Numbered from the stretch's first letter, positions 1-8,209 are shown. The stretch: DNA of 18,796 bases from Octopus sinensis (GCF_006345805.1 NW_021824469.1:1-18796); one strand, 5' to 3'. Numbers and translations: made by a program. The notes: generated from the sequence alone by a model not told the origin.

Positions 1-347
1 TACACATCTTTGGAAAAAAAAAAGCTTTTGCCTATATATACATCTATATATATATATACATATGTATATATGAGTAAACATTATCTGAGAGAAATTTTCT
101 TAAAGTAGTGGAAATGGCTAAAAACTTTTTGGCTGCTATTTCTAGAATTTCAGTATGTGGCAAAGTAATTTATTTTACTAAGCCCTAATTATATAATGTA
201 ATATTTATATATATATAAATATATATACCGGAGTAAGCACATAAATGTGAAACAAGGTGGAAAAAAGAGTTTTCAAATGCCAGAGGTAGAGTAATATGCG
301 GTTAATATAAAGCGTTACGCATATCAGAAAATTTTTAAAAAATGTGT

Positions 348-579
348 GTAATAGGTGTAAAACAACTTCCTATGAACGAATATGAAAAAAAAAATTCGCG
401 CACGCGAAAGGGGGGTGGGGGAGAGGCCTCGGAAAATTTATACCGGGAATTTCCGAAAGCGTCTGAACCGGGCACAAAAACAAAAACAGCGTAATAGGTG
501 TAAAAAAATTGCTCTAAACGAATATGACAAAAAAATGCGCGCTCGCGAAAGGGGGGTGGGGGAGAGGCTTCGGAAATTT
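348..579. repeat. Two-copy direct repeat, ~90 bp units at 143 bp spacing
   Basis: GTAATAGGTGTAAAA...AACGAATATGA...CGCGAAAGGGGGGTGGGGGAGAGGC.TCGGAAA at 348-439 and 491-579. Explains the duplicated RARERGVGER in ORF 382-621. Confidence 0.9.
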
Positions 580-599
580 CCCATCTTCAGTCCACGGCC

Positions 600-716
600 T
601 TTAAAAGCAGCAGAAATATAACAAAAGCTGTTACTCGGAGTTTCACATTCCCGTCCCGACGACCGGAACGTGATACTCCGAGTAACAGCTTCTGTTATAT
701 TTCTGGTGCTTTTAAA
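600..716. repeat. 52 bp inverted repeat, 13 nt spacer
   Basis: Arms 600-651 and 665-716 are reverse complements with 4 mismatches by manual alignment. Confidence 0.95.
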
Positions 717-1946
717 TAAAGCATATATGTATATATATAGATAGATAGATAATTAAGATTCGGTTGAATTAGGTACTTAAATTGAGTCACCTTGTTGGGT
801 CATTCTAATTTGCACCCCCAAACAATATCAGGTGAATATCAAACTCTGGGCAGAAGATTCTGCATTTGATATTCCTGCAAGTGCTGGTGTACATCTTTAT
901 TACTCTTCATATATATATTGTTTTATTAATATGACACTCTACTGACCATCTGGTTTATCCAAGAGACTTCAGCAGAGGAATCAGTAAATTCACCCCTCCT
1001 CGTTCTCGAACATAATATCGCGGAATATCAATCCATAGATTTGCAAAAAAATTTTTTTACATAAAACGCTACCCCACCGCCTATCATTTCGAAGTGTGTG
1101 ATAATATAAAAAGAATAGAAAAATCCGTCAACACGGATGAAATTCAACTTAAGGTGGGTGACCTATTCCCACCCAACATCCGCCGAAAATAACGTTCATT
1201 GCGTGGTAAAGAATATGTATATGGTTTTCTTCTAGCTACATCCAAATTAGAGTAGCCAAACGTAATTTATCCATTACTGCTTGAATAAAAATGGAAGGAT
1301 TTATAAAAAAAGGAAAGAAAAAGATCTCCGAGAACAAGAACAGAACTAGATACAACAAATGCCAACTCAGACGCTATAATAAAGTATAAAGTGTTAATAA
1401 TACCCGTATTAATCAGCTGTTGAAAATTCGAAGTAATTCAAAGACATAAAAATTTTAAAACTAGACCAGGATACGAACACGTACTCTTATTCACGCAGAC
1501 ACGTAGTGAATAAAAAAACAACAATGAATAAAAATAAAAAAAGCTCGTTATTTCACTGCTCTAAGTTCAAATCCTGACGTGGTTGAGTTTAATATTGAGA
1601 ATCTAAGTGCAATGACGTAGTTACTAGAGGTTGGTATATCATATTCCCCTCAAAATAAAAAACTTATCTGTGTAAAGAAACAGAGAATAAATGAGTAGAG
1701 AATCATAGTAGCCGAGTTCAAGACCATGTCCCGATTCCAAGAAATCCTATTTATGTCGAAGAAATTACTATAATAGACATTCTGAAGGCGTTTTCGCCAA
1801 ATTCACTTCGGAATACCATTATATTTATTTTTGTATTGCACACGCAATTTTTATAGCAACGCACTTGATTTAATTTTAAAATATATCTAGTGACTTTTAG
1901 TATTTTGATATCGAATGAATCCAAAAGAACAGGGAGAATAAGAAAG

Positions 1947-1986
1947 TTTGGTTATTCACATGAATAATTGCATGTGAATAACCAAA
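1947..1986. repeat. Perfect 16 bp inverted repeat (hairpin)
   Basis: TTTGGTTATTCACATG (1947-1962), 8 nt spacer, CATGTGAATAACCAAA (1971-1986). Imperfect outer pairing CCAAAAGAAC (1921-1930) / GTTCTTTTTTGG (about 1996-2007). Confidence 0.95.
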
Positions 1987-2345
1987 GATCTTACAGTTCT
2001 TTTTTGGTCGAAACCCATCACTCTGTTACTATTGTTTACGATCAAAAGCAGAAAAATCAGACTGGATGATGCCATAAGGAAACAAATATAATGAATTTTA
2101 TATAATTTTCATCCAACAGAGTTCAAATTTTATTGTCATAACGACGGTATAGATTGCGATTATGTTATTAAATTTTCGAAAACAAAAATTAGATACTCCG
2201 GATCAATTTCGTGAGCACCAATTTCTAAAATTTTAGCACTTTTCATACTAATATATATATTTTGTTAACATCTTCGTTCAACTCCATTTATTTATTTATT
2301 CATATATAACACACAAATTTCTGCACATGAACCCGGAGTTACTAC

Positions 2346-2399
2346 AGGTCGCTTCAACCGTGTTTCTGACGTGAATTTTCTACCCTGGTATCGGTTCAA
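2346..2399 (+). repeat. Interspersed repeat fragment, inverted homologue of 16187-16246
   Basis: AGGTCG-CTTCAACCGTG-TTTCTG..GTGA.TTTT..TACC..GGTATCGGTT aligns by eye to the reverse complement of 16187-16246. Confidence 0.75.
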
Positions 2400-2466
2400 C
2401 GAATTTTCCATGTTGACGGTAAACATAGAATATTTCATTCACCTATCGAAATATATATATATATAT

Positions 2467-2662
2467 TGTTGCTATAATGTTAAATTGTCGTATGGCCAAA
2501 TGCGTTTTTCTTTTCTGCATTTATTTTTGCTGCTTCAGATGCCAAGATATCAAAAATTTGCAAAGTGTACTAGAACGGTTTTGCTATAGAATGTTAAAAC
2601 TATTTTTTCATTTTCTGAAAAAGCAACGTTTTGGACTTACGACATTTTTACATAATAGCAAC
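2467..2662. mobile_element. Degenerate MITE-like fold-back element
   Basis: About 48 bp imperfect terminal inverted arms: TGTTGCTATAATGTTAAATTGTCGTATGGCCAAA... (2467-2515) versus ...TTTTGGACTTACGACATTTTTACATAATAGCAAC (2617-2662). No ORF; no confident TSD. Confidence 0.45.
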
Positions 2663-2971
2663 GATATGTTTTTTTTTAAATTTATGTCTTTCAAACGTTA
2701 ACCATCTTTATATAATGTGAATTCTCGAAAAAGAATTTCAGCAAAATATCATAAAAATATTCCAATTTTTTAGGAGGTTATGAGGAAAGAAGACACCTGG
2801 ATGAGCGAGAGACAAATTTTTATGGTCTTGTTTGTGGATGAGAATAATCTTAGCAGAGATGATTGATAAGAAAATATTCTTTAATGATTCTAAACATTTA
2901 ATCATGCTTGCCTTTGCAGTGGTGGAGCTCTCGCCGCAACTACGTGGTTCCGAGATCAGTGACATAGCGGA

Positions 2972-3159
2972 ATTTGAACATATAAATATATAATATATAT
3001 ATATAGATAGATAGATATTTGAACATATAAAATATATTATATATATATAGATAGATAGATATTTGAACATATAAATATATATATATATATATATAGATAG
3101 ATAGATATTGTGAACATATATATATATATGTATATATATGTATATATAGATATTTGAAC

Positions 3160-3160
<1 letters not shown>
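2972..3160. repeat. ~45 bp compound minisatellite, 5 units
   Basis: ATTTGAACATATA... units start at 2972, 3017, 3061, 3107 (variant ATTGTGAAC) and 3152. The first four are completed by (TA)n and GATA repeats. Confidence 0.85.
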
Positions 3161-3207
<47 letters not shown>

Positions 3208-3235
3208 GTATATGTGTGTATATATATATATATGA
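3161..3235. repeat. (TA)n/(CA)n/(TATG)n microsatellite
   Basis: Pure (CA)n at 3172-3198 flanked by TA/TG dinucleotides. Confidence 0.95.
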
Positions 3236-3474
3236 TCGGTCATAGACTGAACTATATATAAATACATTACTGTTCTATGCATTAGTGTCTGCTACTTTTT
3301 CGGATATATTATACATTGACGATATATATATATATGCATACACACATGCATATATACTTACATGTGTATGTGCATGCGTGTGTGCGTGCGTTTATATACT
3401 TATGTGCTTGTATCAAACAAACCGGTACTGAACTTTGCGGTGCCATACGAAAATGAAATTAAAATAAGTGGGTA

Positions 3475-3483
3475 ATTTACCTA
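3475..3483 (-). other. 5' splice donor, phase 1, end of coding exon 1
   Basis: Minus strand reads ATA G|GTAAAT; exon ends at 3481, intron starts GT at 3480-3479. Composition switches from GC-balanced coding to AT-rich right after it. A phase-1 intron between hexapeptide and homeodomain (G|KTRTKDKYR) is the known Cdx arrangement. Confidence 0.75.
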
Positions 3484-4837
3484 TACGTTTCGTCCGCGAA
3501 GCGTTGTTCTGCGGCGTCCGCATCCATTCAAACGGGTGCCTGTTGACCCGTCCAATATTATCTCCAGTGTAACCCATCATCGATGAAGGGCTAGAGTCGA
3601 TATCAGTGCATAAACTGCTATCGTTGCTATTAGTCCGCTGTGGAGCTACATGCAGGGAACCGTTTCTCTGTGAGTTTAATACATAGCTGTTCGAAACTGT
3701 ATTCAAAGGAATATGCATAGAATGAGACAAATGTTGATGATGAGGGTGGTGGTGGTGGTGGTGGTGATTTGATATTTGCTGTTGTTGTTGTTGTTGGGAC
3801 TGGTGATGAATGTCCACGGGGGATAGGGAATCGTCCGATAAATGGGAATGAGTGGAAACGGACTCTGGTGAGGTGCTGATGCTTCCAATGTCCAGATGGT
3901 TGGTTCCTAGATATTCCGTTTGTGAACCCATCGGTCTTGGTAGCGAAGTCTGAGGATAGCGGTTCAAATTGGTCATTAAAGGGGTGGGCTCACTTGTATG
4001 TAAATGATCTTCTTGCTGTGATAATTGCTCAGTTTGTTGATTAAGAGGTTGCAGGTGCGATTGTTGTAGATGATGCTGGTGTGATGAGGACGTCAGAAGG
4101 GATAACGGTACAGTCTGAGAATCTTGGGAATGGAGGGGTGACATACTTATTAGCATTGTGTCATTGCTGCCCCTATTTGTACTGGATGTATTAGAGACAG
4201 GCATACTTGGACCCGTTACGAGATTGCACCCACCCGTTGCCATCCACTCATCATATGGTATTAGGGGTGAGGCATGTGAGTTTCCATTCATCGAGGGCTC
4301 ATTCGGTGGCGTCGGTGACGTTGTATCAACATCAATAGGTGCAAGGTTTACTAAGGGATTGCCACCATTGGCAGATGAGGCTGGATTGACCGTCGGGTTA
4401 CCACCAGCGGCAGCAGCGGCGGCCGCAGCAGCCGCTGCAACAGCTGCCATGTGCTGAGCTGCTGGTGATGCTGTCATAGGACTGTAATTCAGGTGATGTG
4501 CCGCTGCAGCTAGATGACCCCACTGGGTCCCGGTCATTTGGGGATTGGCAATGGTGTTATGAGAGTGAGTATATGGTCCGTGAGGATGGTGATGGGTATG
4601 ATGATGATGATGATGTCCAAAAGTAGATGGAGTGTCCAGGCTGTACGCTGTCATTGAATGGAACGGAGAGGCGACGAGGTCTGGAGGCGTCCCACTGTAG
4701 GTTATTGTAGCGTGAGGCGTCGCTGTCGTGCTACTCGGCAGGGACATACCCGTATGTGTTAAATGTGGATAGTAATAAGCCGACATTAACGCCGCTTCTG
4801 TTAGCGAAGGACGCCTAGCTGTGGTGGAAGAAGACAT
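3481..4837 (-). CDS. Cdx: First coding exon of an ANTP-class homeobox gene, most likely caudal/Cdx (ParaHox); homeodomain exon not in window
   Basis: Open frame from first ATG 4837 (alternative ATG 4786, MSAYYYPHL, reminiscent of invertebrate caudal starts such as MVSHYY) to the donor at 3481. Poly-His, 11-Ala and 7-Gln/7-His runs are typical of a transcription-factor N-terminus. Ends RHPFEWMRTPQNNASRTKRIG; (Y/F)EWMR matches the Cdx hexapeptide better than Hox YPWM/FPWM or labial YKWM/FDWM. The track start at 4951 is TTG. Coding exon confidence about 0.9; gene identity lower. Confidence 0.68.
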
Positions 4838-5002
4838 CCGGGTGGATGGTTCGCTTCGATTTCGATGTCGGCCTCTATGGTGGGTGTCTGTGTAGCGACA
4901 GGCGTCAACTGCTTTTACAAATATTAGAAACAGCAAATGCCTAGGTAACAAAATTGTCCGTAAGAATTGATAAGTTTTAGTGGCCGATCAGAGGTGTAGT
5001 AA

Positions 5003-5012
5003 CAGTAGCAAT

Positions 5013-5044
<32 letters not shown>

Positions 5045-5093
5045 TTGTAGTGGCAGGTGTGATGGTGTCGGTAGTAGTAGTGGTGGTGTTGTC
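5003..5093. repeat. Compound trinucleotide tract (AGC/AGT/GGT) in probable 5' leader
   Basis: Direct reading; gives poly-T/poly-A in spurious ORF 4977-5186. Confidence 0.85.
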
Positions 5094-5379
5094 AACAGTA
5101 TTTGGTTTGGTTAGCTTAAAGGTCCATTCCACGGGCTTGATGAGTAAATTTACCAATTTAAGACAAGTGTCAGGTTGTAGAACCAACCGTAAGAGATAAC
5201 TTTGGATAATGAAAATAATAATAATGATAATAATAAAAAATAATTTTGGTGATGATAATGAGGAATAGCGTAAATGCTTGGGGTCGGTAGTTTTTTTCCC
5301 TTGTCTGTTATTTCTTCGTAATTTAGAGATGTATTTCTCGTCAAGAGACCGCTGGCGAACGTCTTCCTCCCGACCGAAA

Positions 5380-6070
5380 CATTGTCTGACTGAACAAGCG
5401 ACAGGCTGGCTGGCTGGTTGGTTGTCTGGCTGGCTGGTTGTCTGAACGATTGGCTCTGGTCTGTGTCGTTGGTCACCAACCGACTAACAAGCCTACATTT
5501 ACTATACAAACACCGCTATGTGTGACAAGAACGAGGACCACTATAACTGTGACCATGACTACGAGCAGTGAGAGGAGGGCAGAGGAGACGAAAGATTAGG
5601 GTGGGACTGAGAGGTGTGGCGCTTGTAGATGTCTTAGGTGGGTAGGTAGGTAGGTAGGTAGGTGGTTCTGTGTAAAGGTGTGGGTTGGTTTTGAGATATT
5701 TCTTGGTTTGTATAGTAGTGGTAGTGGTGATGGCGGCGGTGGCGGCGATAATGTTAGTAGTAATAGTAGTGGTGGCGATGGTAGTATTACTAGCAGTAGT
5801 TTATGATTAGCGTCAAGTCAACCCTGACCGAACAGATGTAAGATCAAAGCCAACCCAGCTATGACCATCCTTTCCTTCTATTGAGCATTGTGCATTTAAG
5901 ACTGTATTATACGACGTGTCCCACTGTTTTCAAAACGATCAGGGTGTAATTTCAGGTGTAATTTGACTGCTATTTCTAGGGAGGGGATAAAGTGACCGCA
6001 TAGACCACGTGGCTTGGTGGTCGCTGTTGTTTACCTGTTGGCCAATCATTGATGGACACACTAAACATGA
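5380..6070 (-). promoter_or_regulatory. Putative promoter/proximal regulatory region of the Cdx-like gene
   Basis: GC-richer, largely unique DNA upstream of the ATG. Inr-like TCAGTC on minus near 5388-5393 and 5604-5609, GGGTGGG 5599-5605, TCF-type AGATCAAAG 5841-5849, GGTGTAATTT twice (5943-5952, 5955-5964), palindromic CCACGTGG 6005-6012, NF-Y-type GGCCAATCA 6040-6048. No convincing TATA box; TSS unknown; short motifs arise by chance. Confidence 0.35.
5404..5800. repeat. Short tetra- and trinucleotide tracts: (GGCT/GGTT)n 5404-5441, (GGTA)n 5641-5663, (AGT/GGT/GGC)n 5712-5800
   Basis: Direct reading. Confidence 0.8.
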
Positions 6071-6163
6071 AATGCCATGACCACCCTAACTGATTTTACA
6101 TTCATGCTAAATGTTTTGATGCAGTAATTTGTTCTTGTGGGGTGTTTGGATGCTTTTTATTAG

Positions 6164-6839
6164 CAGTTCGTGTGACTACTTGGACCTATGGCCCTTAAGG
6201 GTCCATAAGGCCTTCGGGGCTCCATGTAAGATTTTAAGATTTATCTACAATAAATTGGTCGATACACAAAAAAAAATTTTAGGAATTTTTTTTAAAACAA
6301 TTTCTTACGATATTTATTCTTTTACTTGTTGCAGTCATTTGACTGCGGCCATGCTGGAGTACCGCCTTAAAAGGGTTTTTAGTCAAAGAAATCGACCCCA
6401 GGGCTTAATACTTTTTTAAAGCCAAGTACTTCTTCTATCGGTCCATTTTGCCGAACCGCTAAGACTCAAAGACACAGAAAGACAGGCACACAAACATACA
6501 CACACGCGCACGCACATATATACACAGGCTTCTTTCAGTTTCCGTCTGTCAAATCCACTCCAAGGCTTTAGTTAGCTCGAGGCTATAGTAGAAGACACTT
6601 ACCCAAGGTGCCACGCAGTGGGACTGAACCGGGAACCATGTGGTTCGTAAGCAAGCTTAATACCAGACAGCCACGCCTGCACCTATAGAGTTATAATATG
6701 ATTAAAAAAAATATTTAATTATAAAAATATATCATCTTTTAAAACCACCGAACGGCTATGGGGGTCCATCTGAGTAAAATTGGAATCAGAAGATTCCATA
6801 GGTAAAAAAAGAAAAAAGAAAAGCGGCTGAGAACTACAG
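6164..6839. mobile_element. Possible old hAT(Charlie)-like MITE hosting a SINE
   Basis: Minus strand at 6839-6825 reads CTGTAGTTCTCAGCC, resembling the CAGTGGTTCTCAACC termini of hAT-Charlie elements. GGACC/GGTCC-rich subterminal motifs at 6182-6225 and 6758-6770. Left terminus and TSD not confidently found. Confidence 0.3.
6314..6683 (-). mobile_element. tRNA-derived SINE, family 1 (head + internal microsatellite + 3' module), near full length
   Basis: Minus strand begins GGTGCAGGCGTGGCTGTCTGGTA (A-box-like), has GGTTCAGTCCC (B-box-like), an internal CA/TA tract, and ends GACTGCAACAAGTAAAAGAATAA. Homologous to 9255-9663, 7266-7425 and 10134-10282. Confidence 0.85.
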
Positions 6840-6846
6840 ACTTAGC

Positions 6847-7076
6847 TATTTCTTTACTACCCACAAGGGGCTTAACACAGGGGGGACAAACAAGGACAGA
6901 CAAACTTATTAAGTCGATTATATCGACCCCAGTGCGTAACTGGTACTCAATTTATCGACCCCGAAAGGATGAAAGGCAAAGTTGACTTCGGCGGAATTTG
7001 AACTCGGAACGTAACGGCAGACGAAATACGGCTACGCATTTCGGCGGCGTGCTAATGTTTCTGCCAGCTCGCCGCC
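6847..7076 (-). mobile_element. tRNA-derived SINE, family 2, with perfect 16 bp target-site duplication
   Basis: Minus strand GGCGGCGAGCTGGCAGAAAC...GAGTTCAAATTCC (B box)...CCTTTCATCCTTTCGGGGTCGATAAATTGAGTACC...GTAAAGAAATA. GAACTACAGACTTAGC occurs at 6831-6846 and 7082-7097. Homologous to 7976-8207. Confidence 0.9.
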
Positions 7077-7265
7077 TTAGCGAACTACAGACTTAGCGGC
7101 ATCGTCGTGGGCTCACGTGTTGATTAAGGTAACAGTAATTAAGGTAAAACGGTGATGGTTATGGTCGTTGTGATAGTGGCGGGTTGTTGTTAAGGTCCAG
7201 CTTGGTCAGAACTATGAAGAGAGATGATCCAGTCTTGACCATCTCGTTTATCCTTCTATTTGATA

Positions 7266-7425
7266 TGCAGGCATGGCTGTGTGGTAAGAAGTTAGCTTCC
7301 CAACCACATGGTTCCGGGTTCAATCCCACTGCATGGCACCTTGGGCAAGTGCCTTCTACTATAGCCTCGAACCGACCAAAGCCTTGTGAGAAGATTAGGT
7401 AGATGGAAACTGAAAGAAACCCGTC
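7266..7425 (+). mobile_element. SINE family 1, 5' module only
   Basis: GCAGGCATGGCTGTGTGGTAAG...GGGTTCAATCCCACTGC...GGAAACTGAAAGAAACCCGTC; inverted homologue of 6525-6683; followed by TATG/TG tracts. Confidence 0.85.
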
Positions 7426-7810
7426 TAAAAATACATACTCGCACATATGTATGTGTATGTATGTAGGTATATGCATATGTGTATATATCGCCTGTGTCTA
7501 TATAGTGAAGATGACCAATTTGCTGTTAATGATGAACAATTATTAACTTCCTAATCTCCATTTTTTATTTCTTTTAAATGAATACAAACTATACATATGT
7601 ATAAATATGTATGTGTGTGGGATATTGTATGGGTGTATCGTCTGTATGTTTATATATTTGTATATATGTATGTCGGTATATGAATGTGTGTGTGTATATT
7701 TATCGTCTGTGTTTGTGTATATGCATATGTATGTAGGTATGCGTGTGCGTGTGTGTGTGTTCCTCTGTAACGATGGAACAAGTAGCAGACTTTAATAATA
7801 ATAATAATAA

Positions 7811-8207
7811 TCTTTTCTATTCTAGGCACAAGGCCCAAAATTTTTGGGGAAGGGGCCAGTCGATTAGATCGACCTCAGTACGCAACTTGTATTTGATTTA
7901 TCGAACCTGAAAGGATGAAAATCAAAGTCGACTTCGGCAGAATTTGAGCTCAGAACATGAAGACAGACGAAATACCTATTTCTTTATTACCCACAAGGGG
8001 CTAAACACAGAGGAGACAAACAAGGACAGACAAAGAGATTAAGTCGATTATATCGACCGCAGTACGTAACTGGTACTTAATTCATCGACACCGAAAGGAT
8101 GAAAGGTAAAATCGACCTCGGCGGAATTTGAACTCAGAACGTAACGACAGACGAAATACGACTACGCATTTCGCCCGGCGTGCTAACGATTCTGCCAGCT
8201 TGCCGCC
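7811..8207 (-). mobile_element. SINE family 2, tandem/dimeric copy inside a (TAA)n tract
   Basis: Full monomer 7976-8207 joined to a head-less, more diverged monomer 7811-7975 with a different 3' end. (TAA)n on both flanks (7793-7810, 8211-8249). Confidence 0.85.
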
Positions 8208-8209
8208 TT

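Larger units (their letters stand above)
228..726. mobile_element. Fold-back repeat element with hammerhead-like remnants (possible Penelope-like retroelement terminus), interrupted by a ~300 bp insertion
   Basis: Bounded by TA-rich tracts on both sides. Contains a 52 bp inverted repeat (600-651/665-716). The right arm continues to 726 and its reverse complement reads ATATGC-TTTA-TTTAAAAGC, whereas the left copy reads ATATGC(294-299)...TTTAAAAGC(600-608), which implies 300-599 is inserted. The Penelope-like assignment is inferred from the hammerhead-like core pieces. Confidence 0.45.

Noticed and set aside
382-621. 79 aa basic ORF with internal repeat
   Set aside because: Explained by the 143 bp-period direct repeat; no domain recognised.
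1124-1175. Two small hairpins with GAAA after the first
   Set aside because: Only 6 bp stems, no CUGANGA; expected by chance.
1769-1823. Hammerhead-like three-way junction CTGAAG-GCG TTTT CGC-CAAA-TTC..GAA-TA
   Set aside because: Two essential core positions are wrong (missing A9, GAAA is CAAA) and stem I is not adjacent to the core.
2972-3160. CRISPR-like repeat-spacer pattern
   Set aside because: Spacers are TA/GATA microsatellite, context is eukaryotic, no cas genes.
3413-3480. ORF tail KLPTYFNFIFVWHRKVQYRFV
   Set aside because: Read-through past the splice donor into intron.
1-3480. Homeobox exon (KTRTKDKYR, ELEKEF, WFQNRR)
   Set aside because: Not found by eye on the minus strand; presumed beyond the window. 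A short exon could be missed without TBLASTN.
4158-4457. 99 aa plus-strand ORF ending in poly-Ala
   Set aside because: Antisense shadow of the coding exon; GCN repeats read as Ala on both strands.
4909-4930. Possible splice acceptor with CTAAT branch motif upstream of the ATG
   Set aside because: No polypyrimidine tract and branch point only 15 nt from the AG; needs cDNA.
4838-4951. N-terminal extension MLPRHLL... in the ORF track
   Set aside because: Starts at TTG; first in-frame ATG is 4837.
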